Assembly: GCA_051294375.1 (NCBI GenBank)
Contig: CM119270.1
Span: 15,293,918-15,357,917 of the forward strand
Direction: 5' to 3'
Source of the DNA: Paraspadella gotoi
Taxonomy: Eukaryota; Animalia; Chaetognatha
DNA length: 64,000 nt
In this document: positions 63,173 to 64,000 of the stretch, in pieces
Position numbering within the stretch: the first letter of the stretch is position 1
Layout of the letters: each line of letters begins with the position of its first letter
The notes under the pieces: generated by a model
What the model was told of the DNA's origin: nothing
What the model saw: the letters and a program-made list of their open reading frames with translations, nothing else
The model's database searches: none
Translations under genes and position numbers: made by a program

Positions 63173-64000
63173 TTATCAAGAAGAAAGATTTTCATGAGAA
63201 TGATAAAAGCCTTTTTTCGCTTTTACGTCATTCATATCTGATACTGACAATTTATGACCACGACGACGACGACGACGAAGACGACGACGACGATGACGGA
63301 ATCCTGTGATTTGTGAAGGAGTGTTCTGTTCACCTTTCGAGGTGAAATCACGCTTTCTTGCTTCTCTGATGTTTTACGAGTTTTTTTGACGTCCTCCCTA
63401 TATTTTTTTTTGGGGTGGGAGAATTATTTACGGGAGTTATAAATTATATATTGATTCTCATTAAACCAAAGCCAGTTTTTCAATGAATATGGAAAAATGT
63501 TAAGGATCTTACTTAATTCGTGGTGTTTTTGAGCTGGAGGTTTGGGTCTCGGGAGGGGATTTCCGTTGGGTCTACAGGCGCTACGGGCCGGGCGGATCAT
63601 AACGAATCCGAGGAAGGCCTGGACTGACTGAACTGACTTACTTTCTTTTATTTTTCTTTTCTTTTGCTTTCTTTCTTTCTTGTCTTTCTTTCTTTCTTTC
63701 TTCTTTTTCTTTTCTCTTTTTCTTTCTTTCCTTTTCTTTCTTTCTTTCTTTCTTTCTCTTCTTCTTTTCTTTTTCTTTTTGTTTTGTTTTTACCCAAATG
63801 TGAATAATCGATGACATATGAACAATATACGTACTTTTAAACGGACTGATAAAATTATAACAACCGCAATTGATCTAATTGTATAAAGGGATAATGATTC
63901 ATGCAACGCACCACAAATTTCTAACTCGGCGAAATCGGGATACATTTATTGGTCGAATACCTTACGTCCTTGTGAAGCGGTCGGAATGACCAAAGCAAAA

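Overview
Eukaryotic, most likely metazoan, draft-assembly DNA: rich in AG/CT, GTC and CTTT microsatellites, with many N gaps and stretches that look like uncorrected long-read sequence (dense indels). Nearly all listed ORFs are low-complexity noise. Supportable content: (1) a spliced gene at ~38.6-39.3 kb encoding a Pro-rich protein with a BH3-like motif (IGRELCQIADEI) and a cluster of phosphodegron-like motifs, i.e. a candidate BH3-only apoptosis regulator, with an indel-ridden second copy at ~59.1-59.7 kb; (2) six frameshifted exons of a PITPNM/Nir2/rdgB-alpha homologue at ~47.9-54.1 kb (C-terminal part of the PITP domain, FFAT motif, start of the conserved post-FFAT region); (3) a Ser/Pro-rich orphan coding exon at ~27.2-28.2 kb; (4) a degenerate BEL/Pao integrase, a possible LINE RT remnant and LTR-like segments; (5) large direct and inverted duplications (2.6-24.3 kb; 37.4-43.9 kb versus 54.8-60.6 kb) that are probably largely assembly artefacts. 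All homology calls come from motifs recognised by eye, with no database search.
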